DNA of 20,462 bases from Candidatus Dormiibacterota bacterium (GCA_035310015.1 DATGEO010000120.1:1-20462), one strand, 5' to 3'. Shown: positions 7,098-14,972, counted from the first letter of the stretch. Made by a program: numbers and translations. The notes: generated by a model not told the origin, from the sequence alone.

Positions 7098-7481
7098 CGG
7101 CGCGCCGAGCAAATCCTCCGCGTTCTTCCACTCCGCCGCCGCCGCGTCGTCGGCCGGGACGGGATCCGGCAATCCCGGCGCCACCCCGACGTAGGCAACC
7201 GTGATCGTGCGGCCGCGGGGATCGCGACCGGGAGCGCCGTAGGCCGCGAGCTGGTCGAGCTTGACCTGGACCACTTCGAGCCCGGTTTCCTCTCTCAGCT
7301 CTCGACGGGCGGCATCCTCGAGGTCTTCATCGGGGTCGACGAAACCGCCTGGCAGCGCCCACTTCCCCTGGAACGGCTCGTGCTTGCGCTCGATGACCAG
7401 AACGCACAGTGCCTCGTGTCGCCGGGTGAACAGGACGACGTCGGCCGTGACCCCGTACCTCGGAGGCGCAGTCATCGCCAA
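7032..7481 (-). CDS. NUDIX hydrolase
   Basis: Nudix box GGFVDPDEDLEDAARRELREETGL (Gx5Ex7REUxEExGU). 149 aa from TTG 7481; alternative ATG at 7475. Sits 1 nt downstream of the preceding minus-strand gene, so it is in an operon. Confidence 0.85.
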   Translation of the reverse strand: MAMTAPPRYGVTADVVLFTRRHEALCVLVIERKHEPFQGKWALPGGFVDPDEDLEDAARRELREETGLEVVQVKLDQLAAYGAPGRDPRGRTITVAYVGVAPGLPDPVPADDAAAAEWKNAEDLLGAPSTIAFDHAVIIRDALERVLSG

Positions 7482-7482
7482 G

Positions 7483-7980
7483 CTACCCGTGGCGGCGGGG
7501 GTCGTCGTCTTTGCTGATCGGCTCGGTGAGCCTCGGGCGGACGCCGGTGAGGTGAATCTTCATGCGCTCGCCCGGCGCCTGGAAGCCCACCTTCAGGTGC
7601 TCGTTGTCGCAGAACGGCTTGTGGTTCGAGGCGCCGCAGCGGCACAGTGTCGCGCGCGGCAGCACCTCGATCGTGGAGTCTTCGCGCCGGACCTCGATGC
7701 GGCCGATCACGAGCAGCGGGCCGTCGAGGATCGGCGTCACCGTCGTGCCCTCGTGCTCCTCCTGCGGGCCGCCGTCGAGGCGCTTGAACTGCAGGGCACC
7801 GCTGGGGCAGCGCAGGATGACCTCGGCCACTTCGTCGGCAGACCCTTCGTCGGGCAGCACCCATGGCCGGCGGCGCAGCTTGAACACCGCAGGATCGCCG
7901 CGCAGGCATTCGCCGATGTGGACGCACTGGTCGAGGTCGAACGTGACCTCGATGTCCCTGCCGCGGTAGGTCTTCCGCAC
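7483..7980 (-). CDS. Iron-sulfur protein: N-terminal divergent 4Fe-4S mono-cluster (Fer4_19-like) domain fused to a C-terminal CDGSH-type [2Fe-2S] domain with a variant motif
   Basis: N-terminus: DLDQCVHIGECLRGDPAVF...ILRCPSGAL (Cys-containing Fer4_19-like). C-terminus: CRCGASNHKPFCDNEH matches the CDGSH signature C-x-C-x2-S-x3-P-x-C-D-G-S-H, with G-S replaced by N-E while the 3 Cys + 1 His ligands are retained. GTG start. Confidence 0.75.
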   Translation of the reverse strand: MRKTYRGRDIEVTFDLDQCVHIGECLRGDPAVFKLRRRPWVLPDEGSADEVAEVILRCPSGALQFKRLDGGPQEEHEGTTVTPILDGPLLVIGRIEVRREDSTIEVLPRATLCRCGASNHKPFCDNEHLKVGFQAPGERMKIHLTGVRPRLTEPISKDDDPRRHG

Positions 7981-8000
7981 TGCCCCAGTTATAGAGCGGC

Positions 8001-8516
8001 TCAGCGGGACGCGGCCGGGACCTTCGCCTTCACCTCGTTGAGGCGACCGGTGTGCACGTCATAGACGAACCCGCGGACGCTGCTCTTGTTGGGAATGAAC
8101 GGGCTGGCCTGGATGCGGGCGATCGACTGCCTGACGTCACCCTCGAGGTTTGGAAACGCCTCCAGCGCAAACGGGGGCTTGATTCCGACCTCGTCCTCGA
8201 TCTTCCGCTTCAAATCGTCGTCCTTGAAGCTGAGCATGCCGCAATCGGTGTGGTGGATGAGGACGATCTCGTTCGTGCCCAGCAGGCGCTGCGAGATCAC
8301 CAGCGAGCGGATGGCGTCGTCGGTGACCACACCGCCGGCATTGCGGATGATGTGCGCGTCTCCTTCCTGCAGACCAAGGATCTTGTGCACGTCGAGCCGT
8401 GCATCCATGCAGGCGAGCACTGCCAGGTGCTTCGCCGGAGGTATAGGCAGGCTCCCCTTTCCGAACGACTTCGCATACGACTCGTTGTTGTGAACAAGCT
8501 CATCGGTGACACTCAT
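8001..8516 (-). CDS. Beta-class carbonic anhydrase (mycobacterial Rv1284-type small beta-CA)
   Basis: Zinc-ligand motifs CMDARL (C-x-D-x-R) and HTDCG (H-x-x-C). 171 aa. Strong SD AAGGAGGAG 8 nt upstream of ATG 8516. Confidence 0.9.
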   Translation of the reverse strand: MSVTDELVHNNESYAKSFGKGSLPIPPAKHLAVLACMDARLDVHKILGLQEGDAHIIRNAGGVVTDDAIRSLVISQRLLGTNEIVLIHHTDCGMLSFKDDDLKRKIEDEVGIKPPFALEAFPNLEGDVRQSIARIQASPFIPNKSSVRGFVYDVHTGRLNEVKAKVPAASR

Positions 8517-8524
8517 GCTCGACT

Positions 8525-8530
8525 CCTCCT
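8525..8530 (-). promoter_or_regulatory. Shine-Dalgarno AGGAGG for the beta-carbonic anhydrase gene
   Basis: Minus-strand AAGGAGGAG with 8-nt spacing to the ATG at 8516. Confidence 0.6.
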
Positions 8531-8566
8531 TGAACTCGAAATCCCAATGCCAGTGCCGCAGGCATC

Positions 8567-8590
8567 GAACAAAGCGGCGGTTCAGGCCGC
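8567..8590 (-). terminator. Candidate intrinsic terminator downstream of the LLM oxidoreductase gene (minus strand): GCGGC-ctgaacc-GCCGC followed by TTTGTTC
   Basis: Read on the minus strand: a 5-bp GC stem and 7-nt loop followed by a U-rich tract (TTTGTTC). A second 7-bp hairpin (GCGCTCT...AGAGCGC, 8591-8617) lies just upstream. Confidence 0.4.
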
Positions 8591-8699
8591 GCGCTCTTAG
8601 CGTTTGGTACAGAGCGCCGAGGCGCAGCGCCCGAAGTCGATCGCGATCCGGCGAGTCAGCCTCGACACCATGCCAACTTCAGGATAGACGGCGTCGCGC

Positions 8700-9620
8700 T
8701 TACAGCGGGCGGGCGGCGGCGAGGAGCTCGCGGGCGACGGCGTCGTAGTCGCCGAGGCCAGGAAGTGCCGGCCGGATGACGATGTGCTCCGCGCCAGCCG
8801 CTCGGTAGGCGGCGAACCATTCGCGCGCCGTCTCGATCGTCCCGGCGTGAAGGGCCTGCATGCGGCCCATCACCTCGGCGGGCACTCCGTAGTAGGCGCG
8901 GATGTAGTCGTCGAGCTGCTTTGCAGCGTTGGCCTGTGTCTCGGCCACCGCGACGGTCAGGTAGACGCCCTTGGTGATCGTGTTGGGGTTGCGGCCCGCT
9001 CGTTCGGCGGCCTCCAGCAGCGCCTGCAGCGCCGTCCGGTAGGCGTCGGGTGTGATCGGGAACGGCAGCCAGCCGTCGAACTTCTCGGCGGTGGCGCGAA
9101 GCATCCGCGGGCCGGTCGCGCCGACCCAGATCGGCGGCCCGCCCTCCCGCAGAGGCCGCGGCAGAAGGTCGATGTCGGGCTCTTCGCCGCGCCAAAGGCG
9201 CCGGCAGCGCTCCAGCTCCGCGAGCATCGCGCCCACGCGCCGCTCGCTCGGAATGCCGAGCGCGCGCAGCTCGGCGTGCGTCCCCGGCAGCTCGGCTCCC
9301 GGGCCGACGCCGATGACGATCCGGCCTTCGGACACGCGGTCGAGCGTGGCGAGGGAGTGGGCGAGCGTAACGGGGTGGCGCAGGAGGGGGAGGAGGACTG
9401 CCGTGCCCAGCGCGACGTGGCTGGTGGCGCCGGCGATCGCCGCCAGCAGCAGCAGCGGCTCTCCCCGCGGTCGCGCGAGCAGCGAGTCGCCGACCCACAC
9501 CGAATCGAAGCCCGCCTCTTCGGCCGCACGGGCCGACTGCACGAGCGCTGCGAAGTTGCTGTCGCCCCACAGCAGGGTCTCGCGAGATGGGAGTAGCAGG
9601 CCGACCCGTCCCCGCGTCAT
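8700..9620 (-). CDS. LLM-class (luciferase-like) flavin/F420-dependent oxidoreductase
   Basis: 306 aa. Typical LLM N-terminus (MTRGRVGLLLP...GFDSVWVGDSLL) and TIM-barrel family features. The alternate-frame ORF 8656..9570 is Arg/Pro-rich junk. Confidence 0.85.
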   Translation of the reverse strand: MTRGRVGLLLPSRETLLWGDSNFAALVQSARAAEEAGFDSVWVGDSLLARPRGEPLLLLAAIAGATSHVALGTAVLLPLLRHPVTLAHSLATLDRVSEGRIVIGVGPGAELPGTHAELRALGIPSERRVGAMLAELERCRRLWRGEEPDIDLLPRPLREGGPPIWVGATGPRMLRATAEKFDGWLPFPITPDAYRTALQALLEAAERAGRNPNTITKGVYLTVAVAETQANAAKQLDDYIRAYYGVPAEVMGRMQALHAGTIETAREWFAAYRAAGAEHIVIRPALPGLGDYDAVARELLAAARPL

Positions 9621-9651
9621 CCAGGAGTCATTGTGACCCCCGCTTAACGTC

Positions 9652-10158
9652 TCAGGCTGAAACCTCGTGTTCCGATGTGCCGGTGGGTGATTCGAGAAAG
9701 TCGGCGATCTGATTCAGCAGGCGGGCCAGCTCCGTACGGTCCTTTGGAATCAGCCGGCTGATGGCGCCGACCAGCTTGGCGGCGCCCATGCCCCAGAGCC
9801 GCTGGAAAAGCTGCTCGGCCTTCGGCGTGAGCTCGAGCCAGGTGGTGCGGCGGTCGGCCAGGTCGGGGACCCGGCGCAGGTAACCCAGCTCCTCGAGCCG
9901 GTCGATCATGGGCACGAGAGTTCCAGGCGTCACGCGCAACCGGGCGGCGAGCTCGCGGCCGGACTGCCGCCCCCAACGCCGGAGCGCGACCAGCGCGCGG
10001 AACTGCGCCATGGTCAGCTCGACGTCCATGAAGAAGGCGGCGGTGTCGTCGGCGAAGGCGGCGCGCTGGCGTCCAAGTGCCACCATGATGGAGCGGATCT
10101 CGCTCCGATCTACTCTATGACGTCCGCGGGGCCTCATTGCGCCGTTCCAGTTTACCAA
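9652..10158 (-). CDS. MarR family transcriptional regulator
   Basis: Winged-HTH MarR core (LTMAQFRALVALRRWGRQSGRELAARLRVTPGTLVPMIDRLEELGYLRRVPDLADRRTTWLELTPKAEQL). The start is uncertain: in-frame ATGs at 10158 and 10137, and a later ATG giving a 143-aa product. Lies 31 nt upstream of the LLM gene on the same strand, so likely co-transcribed. Confidence 0.8.
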   Translation of the reverse strand: MVNWNGAMRPRGRHRVDRSEIRSIMVALGRQRAAFADDTAAFFMDVELTMAQFRALVALRRWGRQSGRELAARLRVTPGTLVPMIDRLEELGYLRRVPDLADRRTTWLELTPKAEQLFQRLWGMGAAKLVGAISRLIPKDRTELARLLNQIADFLESPTGTSEHEVSA

Positions 10159-10195
10159 ATGACTTGACTTTAGTCAATCATTTGGTATAGTCAAA
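10154..10195. promoter_or_regulatory. Divergent promoter/operator region. Nested palindromes (ACCAAATGA...TCATTTGGT enclosing TTGACTttAGTCAA, plus a third AGTCAA half-site) overlap a -35 TTGACT / 16-nt spacer / -10 TATAGT promoter for the ABC exporter operon. Candidate MarR operator.
   Basis: An AT-rich 48-bp intergenic island (10159-10206) in a ~70% GC background. Outer arms ACCAAATGA (10154-10162) and TCATTTGGT (10178-10186); inner TTGACT (10164-10169) and AGTCAA (10172-10177); extra AGTCAA at 10190-10195; TATAGT at 10186-10191. On the opposite strand, TTGACT / 16 nt / TAAAGT faces the marR gene. Confidence 0.6.
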
Positions 10196-10206
10196 GCAAT
10201 CGAGCG

Positions 10207-11940
10207 ATGCTGATCCGCCTTCTCAGGACTCACCTCCGGCCGTACGTTCGCGAGGTCGCGATCGTGGTCGTGCTGGTTCTCATCCAGGCGATTGCGAACC
10301 TCTACCTGCCCAACCTGAACGCGGACATCATCAACAACGGCGTCGCCAAGGGCGACCTCGCCTACATCTGGCACACGGGCGGCATCATGCTGGCGGTCAC
10401 GTTCGTGCTCGGCATCATCGCCGTGGCCGGCGTGTACTTCGCCTCGTTCACCTCGATGAGCATCGGCCGCGACCTCCGAGCGCTGGTCTTCGGACGCGTC
10501 CAGACCTTCTCCGCGCGCGAGATGAACCGGATCGGGACCGCGTCGCTGATCACCCGCAACACCAACGACGTCCAGCAGATCCAGCTCTTTCTCCAGATCG
10601 CGCTCACGATGCTCGTGATCGCACCGATCACCGCGGTCGGTGGCGTGATCATGGCGATGCGCGAGGACGTGACGCTCTCGGGGCTGCTGGTGGTGGTCAT
10701 CCCGCTGATGGGCCTCATCGTCGGCTTCATGCTCTGGAAGGGCGTGCCGCTCTTCCGCGTGCTGCAGGTGAAGATCGACCGCATCAACCAGGTGCTGCGC
10801 GAGCAGATCATGGGCGTGCGCGTCATTCGCGCCTTCCGGCGCACGGGCTACGAACAGGAGCGCTTCGAAGCCGCGAACCTCGACCTCACCACCACCGCAC
10901 TGAGTGTCAACCGGATCTTCGTCATCGCCTTCCCCGCGCTGATGGTGCTGCTGCAGCTCACGACCGTCGCGGTGCTGTGGTTCGGCGGTCACCTGGTGGA
11001 CAGCGGCGAGATGCCGATCGGCAACGTGACCGCGTTCATGATGTACATCCTCCAGATCCTCATGTCCGTGATGATGGCCGTGGCCATGGTCATCCTCGTG
11101 CCGCGCGCCGAGGCGAGCGCCTCGAGGCTCAACGAGGTGCTGGACACTCAGCCCGCGATCACCGAGCCCACCGAGGCCATCGTCCCGACCGGGCCCGCCG
11201 GCACCGTGGAGTTCCGCTCGGTGGATTTCGGCTACCCGGGCGGCGAGAAGCCCGTGCTCCACGACCTCAACTTCGTCCTGAATCCCGGTGAGACCACCGC
11301 GATCATCGGCGGCACCGGCTCGGGCAAAACCACGCTCCTGAACCTCATCCCGCGCTTCTTCGACGCGACCGAGGGCGCGGTGCTGGTCGACGGCGTCGAC
11401 GTGCGCAAGCAGTCGATGGAAGCCCTCTGGGGCCGCATCGGTCTCGTGCCGCAGCGCGCCTATCTCTTCAGCGGCACCGTCGCCTCCAACCTCCGCTTCG
11501 GCAACGAGACCGCGACCGACGACGAGCTGTGGCACGCGCTCGAGGTCGCGCAGGCGCGCGACTTCGTCGAGGAGATGGAGGGTGGGCTCGAAGCGACCAT
11601 CGACCAGGGCGGCACCAACGTCTCCGGCGGACAGCGCCAGCGCCTGGCCATCGCGCGCGCGATCGTGAAGCGCCCCGAGGTCTACCTCTTCGACGACTGC
11701 TTCTCGGCCCTCGACGCGGGCACCGACGCGCGGCTGCGCGCGGCCTTGCGCAGGGAGACCGGGAACGCGACCGTGCTCATCGTCGCCCAGCGCGTGAGCA
11801 CCGTCATGCACGCGGACCGGATCATCGTCCTCGACGACGGCCAGGTCGTGGGCATCGGCAAGCACGACGCGCTCATGCGGACGTGCGAGCCCTATCGCGA
11901 GATCGTCGACTCTCAGCTGGGTGCGGCGGCGGTCGCATGA
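10207..11940 (+). CDS. ABC transporter permease/ATP-binding fusion protein (type-I exporter half-transporter, subunit A of a heterodimer)
   Basis: 577 aa. Six-TM N-terminal domain. Walker A GGTGSGKTT, ABC signature VSGGQRQRLAIARA, Walker B VYLFDDCFSALD. Confidence 0.9.
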   Translation: MLIRLLRTHLRPYVREVAIVVVLVLIQAIANLYLPNLNADIINNGVAKGDLAYIWHTGGIMLAVTFVLGIIAVAGVYFASFTSMSIGRDLRALVFGRVQTFSAREMNRIGTASLITRNTNDVQQIQLFLQIALTMLVIAPITAVGGVIMAMREDVTLSGLLVVVIPLMGLIVGFMLWKGVPLFRVLQVKIDRINQVLREQIMGVRVIRAFRRTGYEQERFEAANLDLTTTALSVNRIFVIAFPALMVLLQLTTVAVLWFGGHLVDSGEMPIGNVTAFMMYILQILMSVMMAVAMVILVPRAEASASRLNEVLDTQPAITEPTEAIVPTGPAGTVEFRSVDFGYPGGEKPVLHDLNFVLNPGETTAIIGGTGSGKTTLLNLIPRFFDATEGAVLVDGVDVRKQSMEALWGRIGLVPQRAYLFSGTVASNLRFGNETATDDELWHALEVAQARDFVEEMEGGLEATIDQGGTNVSGGQRQRLAIARAIVKRPEVYLFDDCFSALDAGTDARLRAALRRETGNATVLIVAQRVSTVMHADRIIVLDDGQVVGIGKHDALMRTCEPYREIVDSQLGAAAVA

Positions 11941-13952
11941 TCAACCGAGACGGCGGTCAGCGGAACGGCGCCCGTCCTGGCGGCGGCCCGATGCGCGGCG
12001 GCGGCTGGATGGGCATGGGCGGCCCGCCCGCTGGTAAGACCAAGAACTTCCGCAAGACGTTGGGCCGGCTGCTCGGGCGCCTGCGGCCCGAGGCGCGCCT
12101 GCTTGCGTTCGTCACCGTCCTCGGCTCCGCCAGCGTCGCCTTTTCCGTGGTCGGGCCGAAGATCATCGGCAACGCGACGAACATAATCTTCGACGGCATC
12201 GTCGGCAAGATGCTGCCGCCGGGGATGACCAAGGCGCAGGCGATCGCCCTGCTCACCGCGCACGGCCAGAGCCAGATCGCCCAGATGCTGTCGGGGATGA
12301 ACGTGACGCCGGGCAAGGGCATCGACTTCACCGCGCTCGGTTACACCCTTCTGCTTGCGGTCGGCCTCTACGTCGTCTCCGGGATCTTCCTGTGGGGACA
12401 GGGCTACATCATGGCCGGCGTCGCGCAGCGCGCCGTGTACGGCATGCGACGCGACGTCGAGGCCAAGCTCGCGCGCCTGCCGCTGAAGTATTTCGACAGC
12501 CATTCGCACGGCGACATCCTGAGCCGTGTCACCAACGACATCGACAACGTGTCGACGGTGCTGCAGCAGGGGCTGAGCCAGATCCTCACGTCGGGCCTGA
12601 CCGTGATCGGCGTGCTCGCGATGATGATCTGGATCAGTCCGCTGCTCGCGTTGATCTCGCTCGTGATCATCCCGCTGACGATCGCCGTCACCTTCGTCAT
12701 CGGCCGCCGCTCGCAGGCCCAGTTCGCCGCGCAGTGGAAATGGACGGGCAGCCTCAACGGCCACGTCGAGGAGATGCACACCGGCCACGCGCTGGTTCAG
12801 GTCTTCGGGCGCACGAAGAGGGCGCAGGAGGACTTCGACATGCACAACCGCAACGTGTTCGAGGCGAGCTTCCGCGCGCAGTTCCTGTCCGGCATCATCC
12901 AGCCCGCGGTCCAGTTCCTCGGCAACCTGAACTACGTCTCGATCGCGGTGATCGGGGGCTATCGAGTGGCGACGGGCACGATGTCCCTGGGCGACGTGCA
13001 GGCCTTCATCCAGTACTCGCGCCAGTTCACGATGCCGATCATGCAGCTGGCGGGACAGCTCAACCTGCTGCAGTCAGGCCTTGCTTCCGCCGAGCGCGTG
13101 TTCGAGTTCCTCGACGAGGAGGAGGAGACAGCCGACCACGCCTACGGCTCCGAGCTCGCCGAGCCGGCCGGTCACGTGACCCTCGAGGACGTGTCGTTCC
13201 GCTACGTGGCGGACAAGCCGCTCATCGACGGCTTCAGCCTCGACGTGCGGCCCGGGCAGACCATCGCGATCGTCGGCCCGACCGGCGCGGGCAAGACGAC
13301 GATCGTCAACCTGCTCATGCGGTTCTACGAGATCGACGGCGGCCACATCCGCCTCGACGGCATCGACACGCAGCAGATGTCGCGCGAGGAGGTGCGGAAG
13401 ACGTTCGGCATGGTGCTCCAGGACACCTGGCTCTTCGCGGGCACGATCCGCGACAACATCGCCTACGGCAAGCAGGGCGCGACCGAGGCCGAGGTCATCG
13501 CCGCCGCCCAGGCCGCGCACGTGGACTCGTTCGTACGCACCTTGCCGCACGGCTACGACACCCGGCTCGACGACGACGCGTCCGACCTGTCGTCAGGTCA
13601 GCGCCAGCTGCTCACCATCGCGCGCGCATTCCTCGCCGACCCGAGTGTCCTGATCCTCGACGAGGCGACGAGCAGCGTCGACACGCGCACCGAGGTGCTG
13701 ATCCAGCAGGCGATGTCGCGACTGCGCCAGGGCCGCACCAGCTTCGTCATCGCGCACCGGCTGTCGACGATCCGCAACGCGGATCTGATCGTCGTGATGG
13801 ACGGCGGCCACATAGTCGAGCAGGGCACGCACGCCGAGCTGCTGCAGCGCGAAGGCTTCTACTACAAGCTCTACAACAGCCAGTTCACGAGCGCCTGGGA
13901 AGAGGCTGCGCCAGCGCCGCCCCTCGCATCCGCACCCGCCGGCTCCCGCTAG
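11937..13952 (+). CDS. ABC transporter permease/ATP-binding fusion protein (subunit B of the heterodimeric exporter) with a Gly-rich N-terminal extension
   Basis: ATG overlaps the upstream stop (ATGA at 11937-11940). Walker A GPTGAGKTT, signature LSSGQRQLLTIARA, Walker B VLILDEATSSVD. The N-terminal ~45 aa are low-complexity (GGQRNGARPGGGPMRGGGWMGMGGPPAG). Alternative internal ATGs at 11990, 12008 and 12014 are possible starts. Confidence 0.85.
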   Translation: MINRDGGQRNGARPGGGPMRGGGWMGMGGPPAGKTKNFRKTLGRLLGRLRPEARLLAFVTVLGSASVAFSVVGPKIIGNATNIIFDGIVGKMLPPGMTKAQAIALLTAHGQSQIAQMLSGMNVTPGKGIDFTALGYTLLLAVGLYVVSGIFLWGQGYIMAGVAQRAVYGMRRDVEAKLARLPLKYFDSHSHGDILSRVTNDIDNVSTVLQQGLSQILTSGLTVIGVLAMMIWISPLLALISLVIIPLTIAVTFVIGRRSQAQFAAQWKWTGSLNGHVEEMHTGHALVQVFGRTKRAQEDFDMHNRNVFEASFRAQFLSGIIQPAVQFLGNLNYVSIAVIGGYRVATGTMSLGDVQAFIQYSRQFTMPIMQLAGQLNLLQSGLASAERVFEFLDEEEETADHAYGSELAEPAGHVTLEDVSFRYVADKPLIDGFSLDVRPGQTIAIVGPTGAGKTTIVNLLMRFYEIDGGHIRLDGIDTQQMSREEVRKTFGMVLQDTWLFAGTIRDNIAYGKQGATEAEVIAAAQAAHVDSFVRTLPHGYDTRLDDDASDLSSGQRQLLTIARAFLADPSVLILDEATSSVDTRTEVLIQQAMSRLRQGRTSFVIAHRLSTIRNADLIVVMDGGHIVEQGTHAELLQREGFYYKLYNSQFTSAWEEAAPAPPLASAPAGSR

Positions 13953-13973
13953 CGCCCGACGCTCTCGGCGCTA
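13950..13973. terminator. Bidirectional hairpin between the convergent ABC exporter and cydB genes (7-bp stem TAGCGCC/GGCGCTA, 10-nt loop); the two stop codons form the base of the stem
   Basis: TAGCGCC-cgacgctctc-GGCGCTA. TAG (13950-13952) is the ABC-B stop; CTA (13971-13973) is the reverse complement of the cydB TAG stop. Confidence 0.35.
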
Positions 13974-14972
13974 TTCGAGGGCGCTGCGCTGGTCCAGGTA
14001 GATCAGGAACCCGATCGCCGGCCCGATGACCAGCCCAACGACGCCGGCCACCACGATGAGGAGCACCTCGGTTCCGACCGGCGAAGCCGCCTGCTCGATG
14101 GTGAGGCGACCCGGAAGCAGGTACGGCGATTGCGCGACGCCCCAGGCCACGACCAGGGAGCCCACCGCGGCGACGGTCAGGACGCGATACCAGGTGAACA
14201 ACCTGCGCCAGAGGAGGAAGGCGATCACCGGAGTCAGCACCATCACCGCGGCCACGAACGCGATGGCCGGGAAGGCCAGCATCGCGGCCAGCAGCTCGCG
14301 GCGCTGGACGGCGATCGTGACCAGCGCCCCCGTGCCGACGGCCACCAGGGCGCCCGCGGCCACCAGGGCTCGGACGCGAAAGTAGTCCACCAGATCGGGT
14401 GCGCCTTCCCGGCGCGCGTCGCCGATAAGGAATGTCGCGCCGCTCACGGCGGTGGCGCAAACCGATACCAGCCCGAAGGCGATCGACATCGGGCTCACGG
14501 ATGCGTCCCACGCGTTCACGCCGGGCGCGCCGACCCTGCCTGACGCGATCGCCCCCAGGGTCATGGCGAAGAAGAACGGGGTCACCACCGACGACACCCC
14601 GAACACCAGGTCGGCGATGCGGTGGTCGCGCGGCTTCTCGGCGATGTGCCGAAATGCGAAAAACGCGCCGCGGAGGATGAGCCCGATCAGAGCTATCGCG
14701 AACAGCGGATAAAGGCTCAGGAACACCTTCTCGAAAAGGACTGGAAACCCGGTCCAGCAAAGGACGATCGCGAGGACGAGCCAGACGTTGTTCACCTCCC
14801 AGACAGGCGCCATCGAGTGGTCGATGAGCTCGCGCGCCTCGCTGCCGCGCGCGTCGTGGCCGGCGAGCAGGTCCCAGATCCCGGCCCCGAAGTCCACGCC
14901 GCCCGCGGTGCTGTAGGCGGTGACGGCGACAAGCAGCGCTCCCGCGATCACGTAGGCGAGGGCTACGCTCAT
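13971..14972 (-). CDS. cydB: Cytochrome bd ubiquinol oxidase subunit II
   Basis: 333-aa polytopic membrane protein immediately downstream of cydA. ATG overlaps the cydA stop (ATGA at 14972-14969). Starts MSVALAYVIAGALLVAV. The six-frame ORF extends further 5' only through overlap with cydA. Confidence 0.85.
   Translation of the reverse strand: MSVALAYVIAGALLVAVTAYSTAGGVDFGAGIWDLLAGHDARGSEARELIDHSMAPVWEVNNVWLVLAIVLCWTGFPVLFEKVFLSLYPLFAIALIGLILRGAFFAFRHIAEKPRDHRIADLVFGVSSVVTPFFFAMTLGAIASGRVGAPGVNAWDASVSPMSIAFGLVSVCATAVSGATFLIGDARREGAPDLVDYFRVRALVAAGALVAVGTGALVTIAVQRRELLAAMLAFPAIAFVAAVMVLTPVIAFLLWRRLFTWYRVLTVAAVGSLVVAWGVAQSPYLLPGRLTIEQAASPVGTEVLLIVVAGVVGLVIGPAIGFLIYLDQRSALE

Noticed and set aside
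8574-8590. GGTTCAGGCCGC resembling a tRNA T-loop (GGTTCRANYCC)
   Set aside because: Fails the conserved A at position 7 of the T-loop consensus. No acceptor/anticodon arm structure in the flanking 80 nt. Better explained as a terminator hairpin for the LLM gene.
8656-9570. 304-aa minus-strand ORF overlapping the LLM oxidoreductase gene in another frame
   Set aside because: Arg/Pro/Gly-dominated (RRGGLRFGVGRRLAARATAGRAAAAAGGDRRRHQPRRAG). The frame at 8700..9620 has the genuine luciferase-like monooxygenase sequence.
10174-11865. 563-aa antisense ORF opposite the first ABC transporter gene (His/Asp/Glu-rich: HGHGHHHGHEDLEDVHH)
   Set aside because: Opposite strand of a gene with Walker A/B and ABC signature motifs. 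Low-complexity charged composition, no start context. A high-GC antisense artefact.
12392-14029. 545-aa alternate-frame ORF inside the second ABC transporter gene
   Set aside because: Arg/Pro/Gly-rich out-of-frame product. The primary frame carries a complete TMD+NBD.
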